NCBI GenBank assembly: GCA_963730125.1
Contig: CAVSQP010000019.1
Location: 94,826-158,825, forward strand
Direction: 5' to 3'
DNA: 64,000 nt
Origin: Vulcanimicrobiota bacterium
GTDB lineage: Bacteria; Vulcanimicrobiota; Vulcanimicrobiia; Vulcanimicrobiales; Vulcanimicrobiaceae
Below the pieces are notes generated by a model. That model made no database searches. It worked only from the letters and a program-made list of their open reading frames with translations, and was not told the origin of the DNA. The position numbers were made by a program, and so were the translations under genes. The first letter of the stretch is position 1; every line of letters begins with the position of its first letter. Below are positions 39,557-47,760 of this stretch, piece by piece.

Positions 39557-40771
39557 CTATGCCGCCAGTTCGAGCAGAGATTCGGCCATTCGGGCGGACG
39601 CGCCGACGTGATCTCGATAGAGCGCTGCGAGCTGCGGTGAAACCGACGCGAGCCAGGCCGCATCGTCGTAACTCTCCAAGGCGATGCGCGCCATGCGCGC
39701 CGGCGTGATGGTACTGTGAATTTCCCGCACCACCGTCCTTCCGGCGTCCATGTTCGGCTGCGTGTGATACTTGAAGCGGTGAGAGACTGCGGTAACGGCG
39801 GCGCGTTTGAGCGGCAGCCCGACGAAGGGAATGCGGTCCAGATAGGTCAGCGGACCGTTAATCGTCACGACTTCGGGCGCGTTGAGCGGCGTGATCGCGA
39901 CCATCGGTTTGCCCAAGATCGCTAGCTCGATCGTCTTCGTGCCGGGAATGGTCAATACCAATCGGGCTTCCTTGGCTGCAGCGAGCGCGTTACGAAGCAC
40001 GGGAATTCGGCGATCCCCCTCGTCCGTGATGAGATAGTCGCATCCGCCATCACTCACGAGCTTTCCGCGCTTTCCGAACATGCGCGGGTGGCCGCCACTC
40101 TCGATCGCGGACCGCACGCTGTCGCGCGCGGTGAACGGTGAGAGTGCCAAGGCGACGGGAATCTCGGGGCGCTCCCGCTGCAACTGCAGCGCGACGGAAA
40201 AATAGAACGCCACCAGGCCCTCGACTTCGTAGGCGCGCGACCCGGGCATGATGAGGATGCCGTCGCGCGGCGCTTGCGCTTCGGCCGGCAGGCTCGCTTC
40301 GAAGAGCGCGCCGTCGATCGCCAGGTTTCCGACGCGAACGATGCGCTCGCGCGGCGTTCCCCACTCCGCAAGCTGCTCGGCGTTACGCTCGTCAACGGCG
40401 AAGGCCCGTTCGAAGAGCTTGCGATAGGTGCGCCGCGAGAACTTATACGTTGCGGCTCTTCCCTTCAAGCGGCGGCGCACGATGGCGGCATGCAGCAGGT
40501 CGCCGCCGATATACTGGACCAGGTCGACGCGCGGCGGAGCATCATCGAGCTTTCCACCGAGCGCGAACTTTACGTAACTCTTTGGCTCGTAGACTCGGGC
40601 CTGCGGAAAGGCCTCGCGCACCATCTCCGCCTCAAAGCCGCTAGCGTAATCGTCGGGCACGAGAAAGACCAGCACGCCCAGATCGGGGCAGCGCGCGTAG
40701 AGCGCTCGGAGCAGCGGTCGAAGCCAACCGGCGACTTCACCCGGCCCATTAGCCGTTACGGCAATATGCAT
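39557..40771 (-). CDS. LpxB-like glycosyltransferase (GT19-related; lipid-A-disaccharide-synthase-related protein)
   Basis: 404 aa. IMPGSRAYEV (compare LpxB PGSRxxE) and TIPGTKTIELAILGKPMV (compare LpxB SGTATLE…PMVV). Overall it resembles the roughly 400-aa LpxB-related family I recall from cyanobacterial annotations. Confidence 0.6.
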   Translation of the reverse strand: MHIAVTANGPGEVAGWLRPLLRALYARCPDLGVLVFLVPDDYASGFEAEMVREAFPQARVYEPKSYVKFALGGKLDDAPPRVDLVQYIGGDLLHAAIVRRRLKGRAATYKFSRRTYRKLFERAFAVDERNAEQLAEWGTPRERIVRVGNLAIDGALFEASLPAEAQAPRDGILIMPGSRAYEVEGLVAFYFSVALQLQRERPEIPVALALSPFTARDSVRSAIESGGHPRMFGKRGKLVSDGGCDYLITDEGDRRIPVLRNALAAAKEARLVLTIPGTKTIELAILGKPMVAITPLNAPEVVTINGPLTYLDRIPFVGLPLKRAAVTAVSHRFKYHTQPNMDAGRTVVREIHSTITPARMARIALESYDDAAWLASVSPQLAALYRDHVGASARMAESLLELAA

Positions 40772-41246
40772 TGATGATGCGGCCGATTAAATCCGTCGTG
40801 CTCGTACCGGCCAAGTGCGGCGCGAGCGCGATTCGTCCGCCGTGCTGTAGGACGACCGTTTTCTCCGGCAGGTCGTCTTCGCGATATTGATCGCTCTTCA
40901 CGTGAACGTCGGGACGAATCCGATCGAGCAAGACTTCCGGCGTTGCTTCCTCGAAACCGACGACCGCGTCGACGCTTCGCAGCGCGCGCAGAACCTGCGC
41001 GCGAGCCGCGAAGGGAACGAGCGGGCGCGCCGGTCCTTTGAGGCGCCGCACCGAGGCGTCGTGATTGAGGCCGACGATGAGCGCGTCGCCCTGCGAACGA
41101 GCCCAGGCCAAATACTCGACGTGCCCGGCGTGCAGCAGATCGAAGACGCCGTTGGTAAAGACCACGGTCCGATTCTCGGCGCGGAGCTCTTGGCGCCACG
41201 CCACCGCTTCGGCCACGTCGAAGAGCGGTGCGAAGAGCGGGCTCAT
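40749..41246 (-). CDS. hldC: D-glycero-beta-D-manno-heptose-1-phosphate adenylyltransferase (RfaE domain II)
   Basis: 165 aa. Cytidylyltransferase HxGH motif TNGVFDLLHAGHVEYL, and C-terminal TSTTDLIGRI. Confidence 0.88.
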   Translation of the reverse strand: MSPLFAPLFDVAEAVAWRQELRAENRTVVFTNGVFDLLHAGHVEYLAWARSQGDALIVGLNHDASVRRLKGPARPLVPFAARAQVLRALRSVDAVVGFEEATPEVLLDRIRPDVHVKSDQYREDDLPEKTVVLQHGGRIALAPHLAGTSTTDLIGRIINAYCRNG

Positions 41247-42214
41247 CCCGATTGTGCCGGATCGACCAACGCCAGAATTTCCTCCGGCGACGCCGTCGCG
41301 GTACCGAGCTTCTCAACGACCACGCCTGCAGCGAAGTTCGCGAGCTGCATCGCCTGTTCGATCGGCGCGCCGGCCGCTAAGGCCAGCGCCAGAACGGCGA
41401 CGACCGTGTCTCCCGCGCCGCTGACGTCGTAGACGGTGCGCGCCACCGAGGGAATCTGCAGGCGTTCGCCGTTGCGCCCGAAGAGCGACATCCCGTGCTC
41501 GCCTCGCGTCACTACCGCGTAGCGGCAGTCGAGCATTTCGATCAGGCGCATCCCGGCTCGTTCCAAGCTCGCGTCGTCCACGATCGGAATACCGGTGATG
41601 GTAGCGGCCTCGGCAACGTTGGGAGCGACGCACGTAATGCCGCTGAAGAGTTCGATGTTCTGCGGCTTGGGATCGGCCAGGACGAGCGGACAGGTGCGCG
41701 CGGCTTCGACGATCTCGCGACAGAGCAGTCCCTTGGCATAGTCGCTGAGAATGACCGCATCGCATTGCGAGGCGCGCTCGCGAACGAAATCGGCCACCCG
41801 GCGGCGATCGGCCTCGGAGAGTGGGGAACGCGATTCCCAGTCGGCTCGGACGACTTGCTGGTTATGCGCGACGATCCGCGTCTTGCGCGTCGTCGGGCGG
41901 TCGAGCATCGTGAAGACGCCCGAATCGTCGACTTGTTCGGCGCGCAGCAAGTCGTGAATCTGCTCGGCAAAGGCGTCGTCACCGACGGTTCCGGCGAACA
42001 CCACGGCGGCTCGCAGAGCGCGCAGGTTGTTTGCAACGTTACCCGCGCCGCCGAGGGTGAACGAGTGGTCGGCGACCGCGACCACCGGAACCGGCGCTTC
42101 GGGTGAGATGCGCGTCACCGTACCCCAGATCCACTCGTCAACCATCAAATCGCCGACGACGAGGATCCGGCGCCCGCCGGCGCGTTCGAAGACGGTGCGC
42201 GCGTCTGGCGCCAT
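41243..42214 (-). CDS. hldA: D-glycero-beta-D-manno-heptose-7-phosphate kinase (RfaE domain I, PfkB family)
   Basis: ILVVGDLMVDEWIWG…RISPEAPVPVV, GGAGNVA, and DVSGAGDTV (PfkB signature). The preferred start is the ATG at 42214. The listed start at 42274 overlaps gmhA by 49 nt. Confidence 0.88.
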   Translation of the reverse strand: MAPDARTVFERAGGRRILVVGDLMVDEWIWGTVTRISPEAPVPVVAVADHSFTLGGAGNVANNLRALRAAVVFAGTVGDDAFAEQIHDLLRAEQVDDSGVFTMLDRPTTRKTRIVAHNQQVVRADWESRSPLSEADRRRVADFVRERASQCDAVILSDYAKGLLCREIVEAARTCPLVLADPKPQNIELFSGITCVAPNVAEAATITGIPIVDDASLERAGMRLIEMLDCRYAVVTRGEHGMSLFGRNGERLQIPSVARTVYDVSGAGDTVVAVLALALAAGAPIEQAMQLANFAAGVVVEKLGTATASPEEILALVDPAQSG

Positions 42215-42225
42215 CAGCGTCGGCG

Positions 42226-42834
42226 TCAACGAATGCCTCCGTCGAAGATCAGCCGTTGCTCGACCAAATCGCAAACGATGTGCGCCATCACTTGATGGAC
42301 CTCTTGAACGATCGCAGCGTAGCCGTCAGGACCCAATAGGACGTGATCGGCGAGCTCGGCAACTTTGCCGCCGCCGTTACCCGTAAAAGCGACCGTCACC
42401 GCACCGCGGCGCTTCGCCGCTTCGAGCGCCAGCACGATGTTGCGCGACGTGCCGCTGGTCGTCATTCCGATCACGACGTCGCCGGGGTGCGCGAAGGCTT
42501 CGACTTGCCTCGAGAAGACGTGATCGTAACCATAGTCGTTGCCGACGCAGGTAAGCGTCGAAGAGTTTACCGAGAGCGCTTCGCTGTGCAGCCCGGGCCG
42601 CTCGCGCAGATAGCGCCCCGAAAGCTCGGCGGCCATGTGCTGCGCTTCGGCGGCGCTTCCACCGTTGCCGCACCAAAGAACTTTCTTGCCGTCGCGCAGC
42701 GCCTGCACGAGCGCGGCAGCGATTGCCTCGACTTGATCGCGATAACGCGGTGCTTCGAGCAAACCTCGGCGCTCGGCGAGCAGCTCGTCGAAACTGCGGC
42801 GACCGTGTTCCTTGGGCATCACGGCTCGATCCAA
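42226..42834 (-). CDS. gmhA: Phosphoheptose isomerase (SIS domain)
   Basis: 202 aa. CGNGGSAAEAQHMAAEL and GMTTSGTSRNI. Confidence 0.9.
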   Translation of the reverse strand: MDRAVMPKEHGRRSFDELLAERRGLLEAPRYRDQVEAIAAALVQALRDGKKVLWCGNGGSAAEAQHMAAELSGRYLRERPGLHSEALSVNSSTLTCVGNDYGYDHVFSRQVEAFAHPGDVVIGMTTSGTSRNIVLALEAAKRRGAVTVAFTGNGGGKVAELADHVLLGPDGYAAIVQEVHQVMAHIVCDLVEQRLIFDGGIR

Positions 42835-43262
42835 AAGAGCTCCTCCCCCTGCGAGACGAGCTCGCCGTTGCCGGGCACGATGCGGACGATCGTACCGGCA
42901 TCGTCGCTTTGGATTTCGTTGAAAAGCTTCATCGCTTCGAGTACGCAGAGAACGTCGCCGGGTTTGACGCGATCGCCGGCCTCGACGAATGGCGCCACGT
43001 CGGGCGATGCCGAGCGATAGAAGACGCCGGTGAGCGGCGCCATGACCTTGATGACGTTGGCGTTGGCGACGGCGACCGGTGGTGCGGCCGGCACGGGCGC
43101 TTCGCCGGGCGTGGCGGCCTGAACCGGCGCCGTGGCCCGACGCGAGAGCTCGTAGACGGCATCGCCGAGTTTTACCTTGATCGTCTCGAGACCGTGCTCG
43201 TGCATCAGCGCGAGCAGCTCGCGCAGCGTCTGCGTCTCCTCGGCGAAGCGGTCTTCCATCAA
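42819..43262 (-). CDS. accB: Biotin carboxyl carrier protein of acetyl-CoA carboxylase
   Basis: 147 aa. Pro/Ala linker and the biotinyl-lysine motif VLEAMKLFNEI. Confidence 0.9.
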   Translation of the reverse strand: MMEDRFAEETQTLRELLALMHEHGLETIKVKLGDAVYELSRRATAPVQAATPGEAPVPAAPPVAVANANVIKVMAPLTGVFYRSASPDVAPFVEAGDRVKPGDVLCVLEAMKLFNEIQSDDAGTIVRIVPGNGELVSQGEELFWIEP

Positions 43263-44533
43263 GTGCCCGCTTCTACGAGAAGCTCGGCAACGACTCTCGG
43301 AGCGGCCAAGGGTAAGCGCCGCTCGGTACGGTTCTCGAGGTCGCGCAGGACGAGCTCGCCGGCGGCGAGTTCCTCCGATCCGACAATAATCGCATAGCGG
43401 GCACGATTGCGATCCGCGTTCTTCAGATGCGTAAGCAGCTTGCGCTCCTCGTAATCCATGTAGGTGGGAAACTCAAATCGGCGGCGCAGCTCGGTTACGA
43501 TCGGAACGAGCACCGCGCGCGCTTGCGCGCCGAGCGCAATGGCCGAGATTCCGCGGCGCGGCGGCTCGCCGGCCGGCTCGCTAGCGGCAAGGACCATCAA
43601 GAAGCGCTCGAGTCCCAGGGCGAAACCGACCGCCGGCACGTCGGGTCCGCCGAGCGACCGCACGAGACCATCGTAGCGGCCTCCGCCGCAGAGGCTGCTC
43701 TGCGAGCCCAGCAATCCAGACGTAATCTCAAAAACCGTGCGTCCGTAATAATCGAGACCGCGCACGATGCGCGGATTGACGGTGAACGGAATTCCGGTCA
43801 GGTCCAAAAAAGATCGCACCGCGTCAAAGTGCTCTCGGCACGCCGTGCAAAGGTACGACTCAAACGTCGGCGCGCTCTCGACGTATGGCGCATCGGCGGA
43901 ATCCTTACTGTCGAGCAGGCGCAGCGGATTGCGCTCGACGCGGCGGCGTGCATCTTCGCTCATCTCCGCCAGATGCGGACGGACGTGCTCCAAAAGCGCT
44001 TCGCGATACCGAGGCCGGCAGACCTCGTCCCCAATCGAGTTGATGTTGAGTGCCGCGTCGCCGATGCGGTATCCGCGAACGAGGTCCCAGGCAAGCGAAA
44101 TCACTTCGCAATCGGCTTCCGGTCCGGCAAAGCCGAAGCACTCGACGCCGAACTGATGCGATTGCCGGTAGCGCCCCTTTTGTGGACGCTCGTAACGGAA
44201 AATCGGTCCGAGATAGTATAAACGCTGCGGTCCGGCCGTCAGCAGGCCGTGCTCCAGCACCGCGCGCACGACCGGTGCCGTCCACTCGGGGCGCAGCGTG
44301 AGGCTGCGGTCGCCGCGATCGGTGAACGTGTACATCTCCTTCTCGACGATGTCGGTCGTTTCGCCGACGCCTCGGACGAAGAGATCGGTTGACTCAAAAA
44401 GCGGCGTGCGAATCTCGCCGTAGCCGTAGCGTGCCGCCAGCGCACGGATGTGCGCTTCGAGCGAGCTCCAGCGGCTCGACTCGGGCGGAAGTATATCTTG
44501 CGTGCCGCGGGGCGCGCTCAGCTTCTCGGCCAT
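43259..44533 (-). CDS. hisS: Histidine--tRNA ligase
   Basis: 424 aa. Motif 2 [20 protein letters not shown], motif 3 GGGRYDGL, and a C-terminal anticodon-binding domain. Confidence 0.96.
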   Translation of the reverse strand: MAEKLSAPRGTQDILPPESSRWSSLEAHIRALAARYGYGEIRTPLFESTDLFVRGVGETTDIVEKEMYTFTDRGDRSLTLRPEWTAPVVRAVLEHGLLTAGPQRLYYLGPIFRYERPQKGRYRQSHQFGVECFGFAGPEADCEVISLAWDLVRGYRIGDAALNINSIGDEVCRPRYREALLEHVRPHLAEMSEDARRRVERNPLRLLDSKDSADAPYVESAPTFESYLCTACREHFDAVRSFLDLTGIPFTVNPRIVRGLDYYGRTVFEITSGLLGSQSSLCGGGRYDGLVRSLGGPDVPAVGFALGLERFLMVLAASEPAGEPPRRGISAIALGAQARAVLVPIVTELRRRFEFPTYMDYEERKLLTHLKNADRNRARYAIIVGSEELAAGELVLRDLENRTERRLPLAAPRVVAELLVEAGT

Positions 44534-44598
44534 AACCGCCCCCTCGTTCGCCGCTTCATTTGGCTAGCCATTGCGAGCGTGCTGCGTGATGGCTCGCC

Positions 44599-45735
44599 GT
44601 GCGGATCGCACTCTTCGCCGCGGGATTGCTGGCGGTTGCGGCTACGCTCTCACCCGATTCGCTGCGATCGGCGCTCGCGGCAGCCGCGGGTTCGCTCTTC
44701 GAATCGGTGCCGTTCCTTTTTGCCGGCCTGGTCGCGGCGCGACTGCTCGGTAAACATCGCCGTATCGTCGACTTCTTAGGCTGCGGTTGCGGATCCGGGC
44801 CGTCGGCGCGCTCTCTTCCGGCCGGAGTTGCAACGTGGCTCTTCTTTGGACCGCTCGTCGCGGCGGGGCGCTTCGCTGCCGCGCTGCTCTGCGCTCGGCT
44901 CTTACACGCGCGCACGGCATGCGCGAATCATATGCCGGCGTTGCAACCGTTGGCGGAGCTGGCGGCACTTCTTCCCGCGTCGCTCCTTGCGGGGGCAGCG
45001 TTTGTATGCTTCGCGGCGTTCGATCCCGCAGCGCTCTCGCCGGTCGGCGAAATCGCGTTGGGCGGCACCCTCGGCTTCTGCGCCGCGCCCTGCGGACTGG
45101 GAGCGGTTGCAGTAGCCGCGGCGCTGCGCGCTCGCGCACCGCTTGCGGCGGCGGCATTCCTGTGTGTCGCAGGCATTGCCGATCTTCGAGCACTCCATCG
45201 CGTTGCTCACCGTCAGGAAGAGCACGACGCGCTGGCATATGCGCTGCTCGCGGTGGCGCTCGCATTGGTGGCGTGGCGTCACGGCGATTCGTTGATCAGG
45301 CCGTCGATCGCGGCAGCGGCAGGAGCGTGCGCGGTCGTCACGATCGTCTACGCAACGATATATCGCAAGCATCAGTCGTGGCGTTCGCGCATCGCACCGG
45401 CGCTGATGCTGGCCGGAGTGCTCGTCGGCGCGCCTCCGCCCTCCTATCACGCCACCGAAACGACGCTCGCGGATCTCTTTGCCGGCGAGCACCTTTCGTT
45501 TACCGGGAGACTAACGCGAGAAGGTGCACGGGCCGCGCTGGTGCGTTACGCGATCACGTGCTGTCGCGCCGACGCAGCACCGATCGCGGTTCGCGTCGAT
45601 CCGGTGCCTCGCGCTTCCGACGGCGCTTGGTTACACGTCGAGGGTAATATCGAAAGCGTGGCCGGCAACTTGCGCCTCGTTCCGCACGCAGTGGCGCGTA
45701 TCGCGCCACCGACCGATCCTTTTATCTATCGGTAG
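44599..45735 (+). CDS. Membrane protein: compact COG0701-type permease region fused to a DUF1980/TIGR03943-like C-terminal domain
   Basis: 378 aa. The N-terminal part carries Cys-rich permease motifs (FLGCGCGSGP; GFCAAPCGLGAV). The C-terminal roughly 100 aa carries the DUF1980-type CCxAD motif (YAITCCRADAAPI) and ends …PPTDPFIYR. Confidence 0.55.
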   Translation: MRIALFAAGLLAVAATLSPDSLRSALAAAAGSLFESVPFLFAGLVAARLLGKHRRIVDFLGCGCGSGPSARSLPAGVATWLFFGPLVAAGRFAAALLCARLLHARTACANHMPALQPLAELAALLPASLLAGAAFVCFAAFDPAALSPVGEIALGGTLGFCAAPCGLGAVAVAAALRARAPLAAAAFLCVAGIADLRALHRVAHRQEEHDALAYALLAVALALVAWRHGDSLIRPSIAAAAGACAVVTIVYATIYRKHQSWRSRIAPALMLAGVLVGAPPPSYHATETTLADLFAGEHLSFTGRLTREGARAALVRYAITCCRADAAPIAVRVDPVPRASDGAWLHVEGNIESVAGNLRLVPHAVARIAPPTDPFIYR

Positions 45736-45771
45736 CGCGTCGGCGTGCGGTTAGGCTTCACGAAACTCTGA

Positions 45772-46161
45772 CTACGCGCTTCGCGGTTCGAGCAGCTCGA
45801 CGGGGATGCCGTTGGGATCTTCCACGAAGGCGATCGCGCGCGTGCCGCTTGGTGAGCGATAAACATCCTTGAGCACTTTGACGCCCTTGGCCTTGAGCGA
45901 GGCAACGTACTCTTCGAGGTCGCCGTCGGATTCGACGGCGAGGTGCTCGTAGCGGTTGCCGAGCGCATACGGCGCGTGCTCCTCGAGATCGAAGACCAGC
46001 TCGATGTATGCGCCCCAATCGCGTCCGACGAACGCCATGTCGGCGTTGCCGGGATAATGGTGCGGGCCGCCCAGCAACTCGAGTCCTAGCTTGTCCCGAT
46101 AAAATTCGATCGATTCGTTCATATCGTTGACGAAGATCGACGTGTGCAAGAAGCGCGGCAT
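45772..46161 (-). CDS. VOC-family protein (glyoxalase I-like)
   Basis: 129 aa. HTSIFVNDMNESIEFYRDKLG, YEHLAV and DPNGIPVEL, a paired beta-alpha-beta-beta-beta pattern. Confidence 0.8.
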   Translation of the reverse strand: MPRFLHTSIFVNDMNESIEFYRDKLGLELLGGPHHYPGNADMAFVGRDWGAYIELVFDLEEHAPYALGNRYEHLAVESDGDLEEYVASLKAKGVKVLKDVYRSPSGTRAIAFVEDPNGIPVELLEPRSA

Positions 46162-46176
46162 GATCGTTCCTTTACG

Positions 46177-47760
46177 TCAGTGTGCGAAGTAGCGATAGGT
46201 CGAGAAAACGAGCGCGGTTCCGAGCCGGTCGGCGGCCGCGATGACTTCGTCGTCGCGGATGGAACCGCCCGGCGCGATGATCGCCGTGCAGCCGCCCTCG
46301 ACGGCGGCCTCCAAGCCATCGGCAAAGGGAAAGAAGCCGTCGCTCGCGCAGGCCGCGCCGCGCGCTGCGGTGCCGGCGCGTTGTGCGGCGATTTGCACCG
46401 CGCTGACGCGATTGGTTTGTCCGGCGCAGATGCCGCGCGTCGTGCCTTCCTTAACGATGACGATGCCGTTGCTCTTGACGTGGCGCACGACGTCCCAGGC
46501 AAAGGCGAGGTCGTGCCACTCTTGTGCGCTGGGCTCGCGCCGGCTCACGACGCGCCACGTTTCCGCCGGCGCCGCCGGGTCGTCGTCTTCCGCAAGAACG
46601 CCGCCGAGCGCGCTGCGCAGGCGCAGCTCGCGCGCCAGCGCGTCGGGAAGCCTCGTCTCAAACTGCATGACGCGCAGGTTCTTACGCCGGCGTAATATCT
46701 CCAGCGCTTCGGCTTCGAACGCGGGTGCGGCGACGATCTCGAGGAAGAACTCGTTCAACGTCTGCGCCGCGGCGCGGTCGAGCGGCGCGTCGGTCGCGAC
46801 GATCCCGCCGTAGGCCGAAACCGGATCGGCGCGCAACGCTTCGCGAACCGCCAGTCCGACGTTCGAGCGCTGGGCCACGCCGCAAGGTACGGCGTGTTTA
46901 ACGACTGCGGCCCGCACGAAGCGACCCGCATCGCTGCCGAACTCGGCGCCGAGCGGAGCGCGCGAAAGCAGGCGCAGCGTCGCGTCCAAGTCGAGCAAAT
47001 TATTATAGGAGAGCTCTTTTCCGTGAAGCTGCCGCGGCAAATGATCGGCCCGATCCAAGTAGAACGCGGCACGCTCCTGCGGATTCGTCCCGTAACGCAA
47101 GCGTTTCGCCAGCGGCAGCGTCAACGCCAGCGCTCCCGGAAGATCGGTCGGCAATACCTCGCCCGCCGTCGCAAGATAGTGCGCGATCGCGGCGTCGTAC
47201 TCGGCCGTGCGTTCGAAGGCCGCGATCGCGAGCTTGCGCCGCAGCGATGCGGACGTGCCGCCGCCCGAAAGCGCCGCGAGATATTCCTTGTACTGCGAGG
47301 GATGCGTTAGCACTTCGACGTGTTCGAAGTTCTTTGCGGCCGCGCGCAAAAGTGCGACGCCGCCGATGTCGATTTGCTCGATCGCTTCTTCCAGCATCAC
47401 GCCATCGCGCGCCACGGTCGCTTCGAAGGGATAGAGATTGACGGCCACGGTGACGATCTCGGGAACGGCGTGCGTCTGCGCCGCCGAGCGATGCTCGCTG
47501 TCGCCGCGATCGTAGAGTATCCCGCCGAAAACCTTGGGGTGCAGCGTTTTGACGCGGCCGCCAAAGAGCGACGGGAAGCCGGTCAGATCCTCGACGTCGC
47601 GCGCCGGTATGCCGCCCTCCTGCAAAAACGCGCGCGTTCCACCGGTCGCATAGAGCTCGACGCCGCGTTGGTGCAGCGCCGCAGCAAGCTCGTGCGCGCC
47701 GGTTTTATCCGAAAGCGAAAAGAGGGCCGCCCGTTGGCGTCCCGGGGCATCTTCAGGCAA
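46177..47760 (-). CDS. purH: Bifunctional AICAR transformylase / IMP cyclohydrolase
   Basis: 527 aa. N-terminal MGS-like domain (ALFSLSDKTG…LYATGGT), KTLHPKV, and C-terminal FFPFADG…GGSIRD. Confidence 0.96.
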   Translation of the reverse strand: MPEDAPGRQRAALFSLSDKTGAHELAAALHQRGVELYATGGTRAFLQEGGIPARDVEDLTGFPSLFGGRVKTLHPKVFGGILYDRGDSEHRSAAQTHAVPEIVTVAVNLYPFEATVARDGVMLEEAIEQIDIGGVALLRAAAKNFEHVEVLTHPSQYKEYLAALSGGGTSASLRRKLAIAAFERTAEYDAAIAHYLATAGEVLPTDLPGALALTLPLAKRLRYGTNPQERAAFYLDRADHLPRQLHGKELSYNNLLDLDATLRLLSRAPLGAEFGSDAGRFVRAAVVKHAVPCGVAQRSNVGLAVREALRADPVSAYGGIVATDAPLDRAAAQTLNEFFLEIVAAPAFEAEALEILRRRKNLRVMQFETRLPDALARELRLRSALGGVLAEDDDPAAPAETWRVVSRREPSAQEWHDLAFAWDVVRHVKSNGIVIVKEGTTRGICAGQTNRVSAVQIAAQRAGTAARGAACASDGFFPFADGLEAAVEGGCTAIIAPGGSIRDDEVIAAADRLGTALVFSTYRYFAH

